The notes under the pieces are model-generated. The model saw nothing but the letters and a program-made list of their open reading frames with translations. It was not told where the DNA came from and searched no databases. This document shows, piece after piece, positions 21,255-33,936 of a stretch of DNA of 64,000 nucleotides. The translations under genes were made by a program, and so were the position numbers. Origin of the DNA: Azolla caroliniana (Eukaryota > Plantae > Polypodiophyta); contig JBHGNT010000018.1 in NCBI GenBank assembly GCA_043228905.1, positions 6,634,001 to 6,698,000 of the forward strand, in the 5' to 3' direction. Position 1 is the stretch's first letter. Each line of letters starts with the position of its first letter.

Positions 21255-24200
21255 TGTAAAGAATCAAGAGATGGATTCTGTGTAGCAGAATAGATATGAA
21301 CTGTGTGTGTGTATGAGGGAGAGAGAGTGAGAGAGAGAGACAAGGAGTAAGACACAGAGAATACGCAAGGTAAAAGTATATTAACAAAGGAGAAAGACTC
21401 AACATTATACAAGGTGGGAGGAGGGTGCTTTATATAGTCACCCTCTCTCTTCATTAACTACAAGACTCATGGAGCATGGGTAATGTGAAAGCTCATAAGT
21501 TATGTGTCATAGAATATGATTCTATGACTCATACTAAATGCTAGAATACAAAGTGGTGACATAATGGTGACTCTTGACCGTTGGAGTGTCTATTCACTCT
21601 CAAGGTGAGTTCACACACTAGACCAAGTTGAGCTTTATTCCCAACACGCCCCCTCAAGCTCAAGTCGGGTCGGTTTCAGACGGTATCCGAAATCCGCTTC
21701 AACTTGCGTTTCGGAGTCTGCGTCGACTCGCATTTATGCAGAGTTGCGGAATCCGTGCTCCAACTTGCGTTGTGCGTAGTTGCGAAGTCTGTGCTTCGGC
21801 TTGCGACTTTCTTCGCGGCTTCATTGCACAGTTGTGGAATCCACGTGTTATTGCGTAGTGTCTTCAGTACTCCCCCTCAAGCTTGGTAGGTCAGGGATCG
21901 TCAATCCGAGATCGGTCATGAATTGCCATAACTTGTCCGCTACTAAGGCTTTAGTGAAGATGTCGGTCGTTTGAAGATTTGTGCTAATGTATTGTAGGTC
22001 GACATCACCAACTAGAACGCGCTCTCGGATGAAGTGATAGTGCACTTCGATGTGCTTTGTCCGCGCGTGGAACACCGGGTTTCCAGCCAGACAGATATTG
22101 CTCATGTTGTGGCAGTAAAGGGAAGTCAAATCCTTGATGGGTACGCCCAGATCCTTGAGTATCCTTTTGAACCATACGACTTCACATGCGGCCACTACCG
22201 CGCCCTTGTATTCCGCCTTTGTGCTCGAAAGAGCGACGATTGGTTGCTTTTTGCTGCTCGAGGATATTGCTCCACTACCGAGGGAAAAAACAAATCCGGA
22301 GGTTGATCTTCTATCGGCTTTGTAGCCGGCCCAATCGGCGTCTGTGTACTCCTCGAGTCGTATTGGCATTGCTGTCTTGTAGAGGATGCCGCAATCCATT
22401 GTGCCGTTCACGTATCGTAGAACTCGCTTAGCACAATCCAAGTGACTAACACGCGGTGCTTGCATGAATTGGCTAAGGAGACCGACCGGATAACTGAGAT
22501 CGGGTCGTGTGATCGTGAGGTAGATGAGACTCCTAATGAATTGCCGATACTGAGTCGGCTCACATGCTTTGGTGCCGGAGTTTGCATCTAGTTTGAGATT
22601 GCGATCGAGCGGGGTTGTCGCGGATTTGCACTCAACCATACCGAACTTGTATAACAAGTTGAGGATGTAGTGCCGTTGAGAGATCATGATTCCAGCCAGA
22701 GTCCGAATTACCTCAATGCCGAGGAAGTAGTGGAGCTCCTTCATGACCGTCATCTCAAACTTGTCAGAAAGGAGGGATTTGACTTTATTGATTTCGACGA
22801 GATGCTCACCTCCAATGACTAGGTCATCCACATATAAGATGATGACGATCGGACTTGCGGAATCGCTTCGTATGTAGAGGGAGTTGTCCGAATTTGTCAT
22901 ACGGAAGCCGATTTGATGAAGATATTGTGTTATCTTCGAATGCCAAGCACGCGGTGCTTGCTTGAGGCCATAGAGTGGCTTCTTGAGTCGGCATATAGCT
23001 TTCGGATGAGTGCTCGAGTTGAAGCCGGGTGGTTGTACCATGTACACCTCTTTTTCTAAGTCGCCTTGTAGAAAGGCGTTCTTGACGTCCATTTGATGGA
23101 GGTGCCACCCTTTCACCGCGGCAAGCGCAATTACGGTCCGTACCGTCATCATCTTTGCCACCGGGGCAAAGGCCTCTTTGTAGTCAACTCTGTGCGTTTG
23201 TGCGTAGCCTTTCGCTATGAGTCGCGCTTTGTAGCGATTGACGGAACCGTCGGCGTTGTACTTCACTTTGTAAATCCATCTGCATCCGATCGCCTTTATG
23301 TGTGGTGAGGTGGGAACGAGATCCCATGTCTCGTTCTTGTGTAGTGCCTGCATCTCCTCATTCATGGCTTCGATCCATCGCGGATCCTTGGCTGCTTCGG
23401 AAAATGTTTCCGGCTCGCGTACTGTCGCCACCTTCATCATAAAGGCATAGTGATATGCCATGTAGTCGTTGTAGCTGAATCGGCTGACCAGATTCTTTTC
23501 ACGGGTGGAGCAATGGAGCTTTTCATTTGCAGAGATGAGGGCTTTCTTAGCTCTTATTGGTACATCAAAGCCGCCGAACTCACTATTGAGTGAGTGAGTC
23601 GACTCATCGTCGTTGAAGCGATCGTCTTCGTATTCTGACATTTTCGCCTTGCCTTTGTCCATCTTCGGGCTAGGCTGTGATGTGCTTTGATCACTCAAAG
23701 GCTCTTGTGGTCCGCTCAGTCGGGTCGTGCTTGGAATTTCTTTGAACATGCGCGTAAGGTGATCTTCATCCTCTATCTCTTGTTCGGCGGATTCCGGCTC
23801 GAGCAGAGTCGGAGTTGAAGTTGTCTCTGGTGTGTACCAAGATGCGGACTCGTCAAAAACGATGTCTCGACTTACTCGAGATTTTCGAGTTGAGGGGTTG
23901 TAGCATTTGTACCCCTTTTGCTCTAGTGAGTATCCTACGAGGATACATTTCTCCGACTTCGGATCAAGCTTTTGACGCTTCTCGTCGGGGATGTGTACGT
24001 ATGCTATCGCGCCGAATATCCGGGTGTGCGATAAGTCCGGCTTCTTCCCGAAGTATTTTTCGTGTGGAGTGACCTCGTGCACTCTGGATGTTGTGCACCG
24101 GTTCATTAGGTAGACGGCCGTGTTTGCAGCTTCGGCCCAATATGACTTGGGCATATGCTTCTCGTTCATCATGGCCCGCGCTACTTCGAGGATGTGCCGA

Positions 24201-26701
24201 TTTTTGCGCTCGGCTACTCCGTTTTGTTGCGGAGTGTGTTGGCAAGTGAATTCTCGTCGAATTCCTTCCTTTTGGAGATACTCCGTGAAATCGTCCGAGA
24301 GGTATTCCTTGCCGCCATCCGATCGAAGGCATCGTACATGATGACCAGTGGCTTTTTCGACTTCGTTTTTAAACCTTTGGAAGTGTCCGAACACTTCGCT
24401 CTTTTGTTGTATCGGATAGAGCCAAGTGTGCCTGGAGAAGTCGTCGATGAAGAGCACGTAATATCGGCATCCACGGAATGTAGCCATCTACGCCAGTCCC
24501 CATACGTCGGAATGGACTACGTTGAGTAGACCTTTGCTCACGTTCCGCTCTTTCGGGAATGGGTGTCTGTGTTGCTTGCCGAATTGGCACGCTTCGCATA
24601 CACCTTCAATCTCCTTCTCTTTGAATGTCAGGAGTCCGATGACGACTCCTTTCGATTTCATTGCTTTGAGTTTGTTGAGATTGATGTGGCCGATTCGCTT
24701 GTGCCATAGCTCTATGTCGGAGTCGGCTTTCGTGATTTTTGCGAACATGGCGGATTTCATCTCGTGTGAATCGATAATGAACATCCGGCCCTCTCTTCTT
24801 CCACGCGCGATGATTTAGCCCTCTTTTTCGATGAAGCACCCTTTTTGATCGAATCGTACTTGCATCCCTTGCTCAACCATTTGGCTGACCAAGACCAAAT
24901 TCTTCGTGATGGTGGGAACATGCAAGACATTTTTAATGTATGTTTGCTTACCTCTTTCGCCGAAAGGAACATTGCCGATGTGCCAAATCGGGTGCGTAGT
25001 GTCATCTCCGGTTTCGACATAACCGGGTCGCTTCGGCTCTCGAAGTTCGAGAAACCATTCTTTATAAGATGTCATATGGTTTGAGGCTCCGTAGTCAACA
25101 AACCATACGTCTTCCGGATTGAGGGTACTAGTTGAGGTAGAGGCCGACATAGAGTTTGCTCTATGTTTCATCATGAACATTCCGCCACGGTTGGAGTTGT
25201 GTGCATACATTCCGCCATGATCTTCGTAGCCGGAGCTGTGCCTGTACATTCCGCTATACTCTTCGTAGTCGGAATTGTGCGCGTAATTCGTGAGTTGTCG
25301 GCTTGTGGAAGCCGATTCGTGCATCTTCTTTCGGCACTCTTCTTCGTGGTGGCTGAGCTTTCCGCAATATCCACATTCAGTTGCGTTTTGACGGCTCGGG
25401 CCGGAGTGGAAGTTCCACCTTCTTGCAAAGGTTCCTCGTTGGCTTCCGTTTTGCGGCCGAAATTGAGAGTTGTTGTCGTAGGTTGGACCTCGTCCGCCTT
25501 GTCCTTGGCCGAATCGGCCTCTCGCTTGTCTGCGTCCTCTTCCTCCGTTCGAGTGCGTGTAGAGCATGTGGCCTTCCGACGCATTGCTCCTTGTACGCAC
25601 ATGGTTTTCTTCGACCAATAGCATTGATTGTAGCTCGAAGAAGAAGGGAGATTTCTCCCTTGCTAGAACGGCGATTTGCATCACGTTGAACCGTGGTGCG
25701 AGGCCGCCGAGGCATACTTGCACCATCTCATCATCATCGATATTTACACCTATCGAGCCGAGCGAGTCGCAAAGCTCCTTGATCTTCAAGGTGTATGTCG
25801 TGATGGACATGTCCCTTTGTTGAATGTTGTTTAACTCTTGGCGGAGTTGAAGCCTTCTTGCGGTTGTGTTTGTCGCGAAAATCTTTCGTAGATTTTCCCA
25901 TGCCTCCTTCGGCATCTTGGCTTCGCGAATGTAGTCGAGCATGTGATCGTGAACACATGTCGCCAAGCAATACATCACGCGTCTTGTGGCTTGCTCCATG
26001 TCGCGTATCCGGGAGCCGTTTCGACAGGTTGGTCTTCGTGCACTCCTTTGATGTAGCTCCAATAGCCTTGTCCGACAAGGTATTGGTGCATCTTGTACTC
26101 CCAAGATGCGAAGTTGTTTCGACCCAACTTCTCGGTAGGGAGAGCGCTCCCCATTTGAGTATTCATTATGTCGATTCTTCTTCTTCTTCTTCTCTCTTCG
26201 AATGCGAGCTATGTAGCGAAGCTACGATAGCAATGGGCCGGTTCTTGGTCGTCGGCGTAGGACACAACGCACGCGGATGGGCTAGATCGAGCTACCAAGT
26301 CGCTCTGATACCATGTAAAGAATCAAGAGATGGATTCTGTACAGCAGAATAGATATGAACTCTGTGTGTATGAGAGAGAGTGAGAGAGTGAGAGACAAGG
26401 AGTAAGACACAGAGAATACGCAAGGTAAAAGTATATTAACAAAGGAGAAAGACTCAACATTATACAAGGTGGAAGGAGGGTGCTTTATATAGTCACCCTC
26501 TCTCTTCATTAACTACAAGACTCATGGAGCATGGGTAATGTGAAAGCTCATAAGTTATGTGTCATAGAATATGATTCTATGACTCATACTAAATGCTAGA
26601 ATACAAAGTGGTGACATAAGGGTGATTATTGACCGTTGGAGTGTCTATTCACTCTTAAGGTGAGTTCACACACTAGACCAAGTTGAGCTTGATTCTCAAC
26701 A
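21255..26701 (-). mobile_element. Full-length Ty1/copia element G (gag related to A/B/H), mildly mutated
   Basis: LTRs 21255-21646 and 26314-26701; perfect TSD ACATC; PBS-Met 26302-26313; PPT agcttgagggggcg; inserted at the end of a (CATA)n tract. Confidence 0.96.
21848..26154 (-). pseudogene. Copia G gag-pol (one frameshift near 26000 and at least two stops)
   Basis: MGSALPTEKLGRNNFASWEYKMHQYL; CGYCGKLSHHEEEC; WFVDYGASNHM; LWHKRIGH; RSDGGKEY; QMDVKNAFLQG; LYVDDL; RSTSGF; ORFs 24815-26104, 24488-24784, 21848-24487. Confidence 0.93.
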
Positions 26702-26969
26702 ACATCAATGTGACTAAGTACTAGCAAATATTAAAGAGGGCAATTGAGGGAATCTTGAGCACGAATGGATGCATGTTGTTCAACGAAGGGCGCGAGCAAT
26801 CTACACTGTTCGATGTGGATAGAAAAAAAGTGTACGCTTAAAAGTTCACTTTTTGGGGAGCCCGACGAGCTTGACCACTAACATTACTTGAGATTGCAAG
26901 AGCCCTACTCACTATTTTGGGAACCAGAGGAGTCTGACTGACCTTATTGGGAGCCTGAGGAGCATGACT

Positions 26970-27690
26970 CGTGCAAATTGCCGTCTGAATCGGCCCGTAT
27001 TTCTGAGCTAATCCACCACGGTAGATTTGCACCATCTCATCTTCGTCCACAATCACGTTGATGGAACCAAGTGCATCACAGATCTCTTTGATCCTTGTGG
27101 TGTAGTTAGTGATCGACATACCTCCTTGTCTGACGTTGTTGAGCTCCTACCCGAGCTGCAACTTACAGGTTGTGGTGCTAGCGGTGAAGACCCTCTTCAA
27201 GTTCCCCCAAGCATCCTTTGAGGACTTCACATCTTTTATGTTCCGGAGATTCTGGTTGTGGACACACGAGGCAAAGCAGTAGAACACTCAGGTTACTACT
27301 TGCTCCCAAGCTGGGAAGTCTCTAAGTGCTAGCTCTGGTGGTACTTCGTTTGCTCCTTCAACATAGCTCTAGTACCTGTGTCCGAGCAGGTACCGGTGCA
27401 TCTTGTATGACCAAGATGCGTAGTTGCTTCTGTCAAGCTTCTCCATTGGAAGCAAGCTGCCCATACCTCTATCCATGTTCCTATCTATACTTGTCCGGAA
27501 GACAAAAGCTTGTTTCTGTGTTTTTCTTCGCTTTATTGATTGCAGAGGATCCTTAACCCTTGCGCTCTGATACCATGTAAAGGGTTGTGTATGTGGAAGC
27601 TCGTAAGTTGACTAACACAACCAGCTAGGCCGGACAATAGAAGACGGTTAGGAATACACAAAGAGTGAGAGTGAGAGTGAGAGTGAGAGA
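26970..27690 (-). mobile_element. Copia fragment H (gag 5' part, PBS, start of LTR); LTR appears to resume after the LINE at ~29788
   Basis: MGSLLPMEKLDRSNYASWSYKMHRYLL...MSITNYTTRIKEICDALGSI; PBS-Met 27564-27575; LTR from tgtaaaggg at 27576. Confidence 0.8.
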
Positions 27691-29784
27691 TAGATAGATA
27701 GATAGATAGATCTTCTTCTCTTCTTCGGAGGTCAAATATGACCTATGAGACCAAAAATATTACATTTCACGTGATACGTGTGAAAGTGAGTAGTGACTCT
27801 CGATGTTCAAGAACTTTACCAATGAATGTTGCAATTGAGTGTGCACATTGTGGTTGTGAGAGGAATTCATGCAAAGATTGGGCTCGATCGAAGAGATGTG
27901 GAAAGCATGGTCAAATATGATCAAAGGCAGAGCATTGTATCAAAGTGTGATACTCAGACTCGCGAACTTGTTTAGGGAAAAGTGTGCATAGCCGACCACT
28001 CTCATCACTTGTACCCCAACGCCCTGTTTCACATCGCAATGCATGTGAGCTAAGTCGCATGGAAGTAATGGTTCGAATGGCAAATAACGGTATGGGCTCT
28101 AACATGTATGGATGTGTATGATTTCCCCGTTCCGCAATGAATATGGTTTTGTAGTTAGGTGCAACATGTGTAGTATAATGTGTGAAGCATGAGCCTCCAC
28201 ATTTGTCCCATGTCATGATACATTGGCATTGCAAAAATGCCTCATTTACAGAGGAATCTAATGATGCATCATGAAGCAAGTGTCTCGCATCCCATCTACC
28301 AAACCATTTTTCTATATCTTGCATCCAACCGGAACACAAAATTTTGCTTTTATGCGTCTTTTGGATCTTTTTGCTTGCTTCCCACGCAATTCTAGGAAGT
28401 CGATGTGAGGGACTTTTTTGAACCTTAAGCATGTATTCAACAACCCTTTCCATGGCCAGGATCTCAATGGGAAGTGATCCCGTCTCAAGGAGGAGGAGGG
28501 TGTAGGGCGTTTGTTTCTTAACTTGTAGAAACTTGGTAAGAAAATGCTTTTGGACATTTTCAAACTCTTTCCACATAGATTTAGGGATACTACCGCCCCA
28601 TACTTCCACCCCATAGAGAAGAACCGGTGTCACCAAAGTGTCGAAAATATATTTCTTGAGGACCCAACACTTAATATCTCCAAGATTGCATGTGTTCTCA
28701 AATGCATAGTATGCTTGCTTGCCTGCCTCTAAGCGGCGTGTAGCACATTCATTCCATCTATGATTTGAAGGAACTTCAAGGCCAAGATATTTGAAGCTTT
28801 CCACACATTCAAGTGGCTCATTGTTGTACATAATGCATGGTTTATCTCTTTTTTGGCTCTTCACAAGCATAATCTTTGTTTTAGAGCTATTGACACTTAA
28901 TTTGGTATGCATGCAAAAAAATTCCAATCCCTTCATAAGCTTTTGTGCATCTCCTAAAGTATTTGCAAAAAGCACTACATCATCTGCATATAGCAAAAGC
29001 ATAATTACTACATTCCCAATGGCAACTTCTTCAACACATTCTTCCTTTGCAAACTTGGTAACCATTTCTTCCAATTCATCAATGCATAGACCAAATAGTG
29101 TTGGTGAGAGTGGGCATCCTTGCTTAACACCAATAGTGCTTTTGAAAAAGTCTGAAAGTTTATCTCTCATGCGCACACAACATATAACTTGCTCATAAAT
29201 TTGGGAAATTGCAAGCATATATTCACTTGGCACCTCAAGTTCTTCAATTCGCCTCCAAAGATGCTCACGAGGTACCATATCAAAAGCTTTCTTGAAGTCT
29301 ACAAAGCAACAATATAAACCTTTATCTCTAAGGCGACTTTCCTCCATTAGTACTCAAAGGGTGATAAGGTGATCAATGGTGCCATGGTGTTTCTGAAAGC
29401 CAGCTTGTCCATAAGCTCTCTTACCACTTTTTTCAGCCCATACACTTATCTTTGATTCCATTATACATCCAAATAGTTTTGCCATTAATGAGCCAACCAT
29501 GATGGTTCGATAGTTGTTTACATTATTTATATCTCCACCTTTATGTAAAGGTTTGATCCAATTTGTAGTCCAATCGTATGGCATACCATGTTGCAATGCA
29601 TCATTAAACATATCGCTTATCCATATATGTGCTTCCTTTCCCGTCCATTTGAGCATTTCAGCCTTTATACATTGAAGATCGCTTGCCTTTCGAGAGGCCA
29701 ATTTCTTAAGTCCTATGCATATATCTTCAATTGTAAAGAAGGGAGGCATATGGGAAAGAGAACCATAACACATCATCTTTCCGG

Positions 29785-29787
<3 letters not shown>
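27689..29787 (-). mobile_element. 5'-truncated non-LTR retrotransposon (LINE), RTE superfamily, RTEX-like
   Basis: In-frame ORFs 29354-29776 and 27911-29347 separated by one TGA; RT motifs NNYRTI, QAGF, FVDFKKAFD, GVKQGCPLSPTLF, LLYADD, FKYLG; C-terminal RLSSH.LRCETGRW...RLC...ESEYH.LIQC zinc finger; (TCTA)n 3' tail. Confidence 0.88.
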
Positions 29788-29831
<44 letters not shown>

Positions 29832-30443
29832 AGAAACCAAGAAAACTTCTATTAAAAATGACTCAATACAAAACAATGTGCTCATAAACAAAACAAAACT
29901 TTTATGTAACATTTTCATGGCATGTTTTTATTTTACACTTAGAATCTTTTGGAGTTTTTGATGTATGTTTCTGAGTCGGGCTCCTGCCCTAGGTTTGGGG
30001 CTCCTGATATGAGCGAGTCGGGCTCCCAGTGTCAGAGGTTGTTAGAGAGTTGGGCTCGTGGTGACCAAGGTTATCAGAGTCGGGCTCCTTGTGACAGACA
30101 TTGTTAGCTTTTTTTATCCACATCAGACGGTGCAGATTGCACATGCCTGCAGCTGAGCAACGTGCACCGCCCGTGCCCGCGATGCACTCGTTTGCGCTCT
30201 TTAATATTTGGTAGCAGTTAGACGCGAGCATACATACATACAAACATACATACATACATGAATGCATGCATACATACATACATAGTTATACATACCATAT
30301 ATATGTATGTATATGTTAATTTAATTACTCTTATTCTTCATGTATATAATACGCAGGTTTCTCTGCAGTCAAGCTTTTTCCGCCATAGTCCCACGGTAAA
30401 CTCGACGAAGGACGAAGGACGGGCAGAAGGCAGAAAACACGAC

Positions 30444-30575
30444 ATGGCAGAGTCGAGTGATGCGGGAACTTCTGTAGATGCAGACCATCCTCAAACGAAG
30501 AAGACGAACAAAATCCAAGTCTCCTATAACAAGAAGCCTCTCTACTTCTATGTTAACCTTGCTGAGGTCAGACAC

Positions 30576-30635
<60 letters not shown>

Positions 30636-32832
30636 TTCCTTTTGAGATTCTCTGTAATGATCCGATGTATTAATTTTATGTGTTTATTCATCCATCTTCG
30701 TCTATAGCTTTTTTCTGATTCTCGGCTCTTTTCTGGTTATTTCTTGTAATCATCTGATGCATTAGTTTTATGCGTTTATCATCGATCTCCGTTTATGTCT
30801 CAACCTATGAAAAAAGATGGTCAGAATCTCTCCCGCACTCTCAATCCTTCTGGCTTTCTCATTTTGCAATAATCTGATGGATCGGTGAATATTAATTAGA
30901 GAGATCATCAGATACATTAATGCTTCCTACATACACATAGTAATGTTGTAGATTTTAAAACTTTTCCTTCGTCTGTGTTCAAAAGGCTAGACTATTATCA
31001 GACTAGACTTCAATCAACTTCTGTGTATGATCAGATGTTAAGCTAGATGTCATCTATTTTAACTATTATCTTGTTGATCCGTTGGATTCAAAGATCTTTT
31101 TAATTCTGGCTCGAGCAAGTTTCTTCTCACTGTGTGGCAAATAAAAGAACGGCATTTGATATGTATGAACCTTGTCGAGATGAGAGAAGACTTAAACATC
31201 AACTTCTGAATATGATCAGATCTTTATCTAGACCTCCACAATTTTAACTATAATCTCGTTGATCCTTGCCATGAGCAGAATTCTTCCAATTTGGAATTTT
31301 CCAAATAAGGGGAAGTATTAGAAATCAGAAGTATCATCTTCAAACTTTAGTTATGTTTGACTAACAGAGAAACTTAATGTATATCTAATAGTCTTAGATT
31401 TGGAGGAAATTTCCTACTATTACTGCTATATACTTGTCATTGACATTTAATGAACAGATAAACATCTAACTTTGAAGCTTCTACTGTAAATGGCATGTTT
31501 CATTGATTGAGCTTTTAGGAGAAAACAGGGCTCTTCATTTACTACAAGACTATTCAAATTTATAAAGCAAGCACAAATGCAGATGAATATGTAAATTTGT
31601 GTATTATCTGAAGGATGTTTAAATTTAAGGTTGAGTTTTTGCGTAGCAAAGGATCTGTGAATCAGCACCTAAGATCATTGTTGTGGTTGCAAAATGTTTC
31701 TTTTTTGATGAAAAATGAAATAAACCATGGAGATCCCTCAAAAGTAGTCCTATATTGGTGTAAGTGTAAAGCTAAATAAATGATGAATCCAACGCCATAC
31801 AGGAAGAGATAAATCCTTGTATACTCTTTTTTTATGTAGCAAGATTCATGTCTCTCCTTGTTTTCTCTGTTTCTTCTACTCATATCCCCATTGCTACTCA
31901 ATAGTTATTGGAACTAGCTCTCCCTACTCCAAATAGCATTGTTTAGAAGTTTGTAGATCATTAAAGATTTGATGATGAGGCAAAACCAAGACCTTCCTTG
32001 CCCACAAGAAACCAATCATCCCCGAAATGTCCCTTATGATGAGTAGAAATATAGTAGTAACTCGCCTCTTGCTCGCTGACATCATCTTTTATATGCAGAA
32101 TTACAATGTACATTGTATGGAATGAATAGAGGTTAAATCTCTAACTTTCCCATGTGAAATTGTCCACAGAGATATTTGCAACAATATGGAGAAGTGGAAC
32201 TGTCAGGCCTAGGGATGGGTATGTTCTGCTTTCTGGCGCAACTTCTCTGAATTATTGTCAGTAATTTCTCATACACCATGAAACATTATTCAAACACTTA
32301 CAGAATATATATTTTTTGCAGCTATTGCTACTCTGGTCACTATAGCACAGATTCTGAAGAAAAATCAGCTTGCCGTTGAGAAAAGTCTCACCTATTCCTC
32401 TCTCATTTATTTACACACACACACACATATGCACATGTATACAGCTTATATGTATAGATACACACACATAGAACATATATATGTAGCATATGCATGTCAA
32501 TGTTTTCTATTTATGTGATATATACACACAACATGTAGGTGAATTGCTTAGATATTTGACATGCTGCAGGAATTGAGACATCTATTGCTGATTTCAAAGA
32601 TGAATCAAGAGATCGAATGGTGCAAAAGCCAAAGGTAGTGAGTCTATGATAGAGAACTTAGATGGAACTTTTTTTAAATGAGTTATTTTAGTGTGATTTA
32701 CAACTTAACACACATCAAATGCTGCAGATCATTATAACTCTGGCAAAATCAAGTCAGTTTGATGAGCTTATGGGATCAGTTGTCACAGATTACGATGATG
32801 AGGATGTTGATCACTACGAAGAAGTAGACTAG
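30444..32832 (+). CDS. ALBA: Alba-domain DNA/RNA-binding protein (small, At2g34160/ALBA1-2-like type), 134 aa, 5 exons: 30444-30566, 32170-32218, 32322-32384, 32570-32634, 32728-32832
   Basis: Spliced via GT-AG to ...NKIQVSYNKKPLYFYVNLAE-RYLQQYGEVELSGLGM-AIATLVTIAQILKKNQLAVEK-RIETSIADFKDESRDRMVQKPK-IIITLAKSSQFDELM...; matches the plant Alba consensus; 405 nt in frame. Confidence 0.92.
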
Positions 32833-33936
32833 ATTAATACGTGGTGAAATCAAGTTAATACAATTTCTTCTTATGGAAAAGAGTAATCGAGAAGAGGGAT
32901 TTTGTTTACCAAAGTTATTTCCTCGTTTGGTACATCTATACATCTTGTTACTTTCGTCAAGCCTTGTAAAATGTTCTTGGCATTTGATTAAGAATGGTAG
33001 AAAGAAAATGCCATCATATAAGAATTTAATGTGTGGAATGAAGAGAAGTCTATGAGAGTAGAATGCTCGGCGTGTTACCTACTAATAGAAAGAAAAATTG
33101 GAAGGGAAAAAAACAATCTTGTTATGCCATCTATCAACCTATTTTTTGTAAGAAAAAACAAAAAAAAATCATATTAAAGAAAAAACAAAAAAAATCATAT
33201 TAGACACCACAATGACAATTGACCATGGGCGTTAAAGAATGTCGAAATGAGTATTAGAATCTAAGTCTTCAATGTTTTATCTATGTAGAGAAAATCCTAG
33301 AAGGTTTTATGTTTTATATTGGCACCTATTGTGAATCATTCAAACTCATCAATAAAATGCTTCATAAATTAAAAGGGTGTATGGAGAGATTACCTTTGAC
33401 ATGCTTATTGTGCAAAACTTGGTTACAAACAAGTTTAGTATCCACTATGAAAGATTTATTGGCTTAAGAAAATGTTAAGGTGCATCCTCAAGAAATACAA
33501 ATTGGTATTGAATACACTTAAGGTGCATCCTCAAGTTTGTATGACAATGGTATATCAAACAAATCATTTAGGAATCAAGTAAGTTTGACAATGCCATAGA
33601 GACATGACTTTTGTGTAGTTATTATTAGAATGTGACACTCACAATTACAATCTGAAAAGTGATGCTCTCATTTAATGAATTGAAGAGGTTTTATAATTTG
33701 GATTCTTGTGGTTTTTCCATCCCCTATTGATGGTGACATAAATTGACACATACGTGATATTCGTAATATTCGAGAATGGAAAATTACCCCAAGAATATTA
33801 TAATATTATATTAAAACGAATTATTTAAAATAATTAATATAATAATAATTCATTAATGCATTATGCCCACTAATAATTAATTAATTCAATATTAGAACAG
33901 TATCCGTTATCAATCTATGTTATTCCGTGAAGTTTC

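Noticed and set aside
31005-31265. ~75-bp degenerate duplication in Alba intron 1
   Set aside because: Ordinary local duplication with no TE or ncRNA hallmarks.
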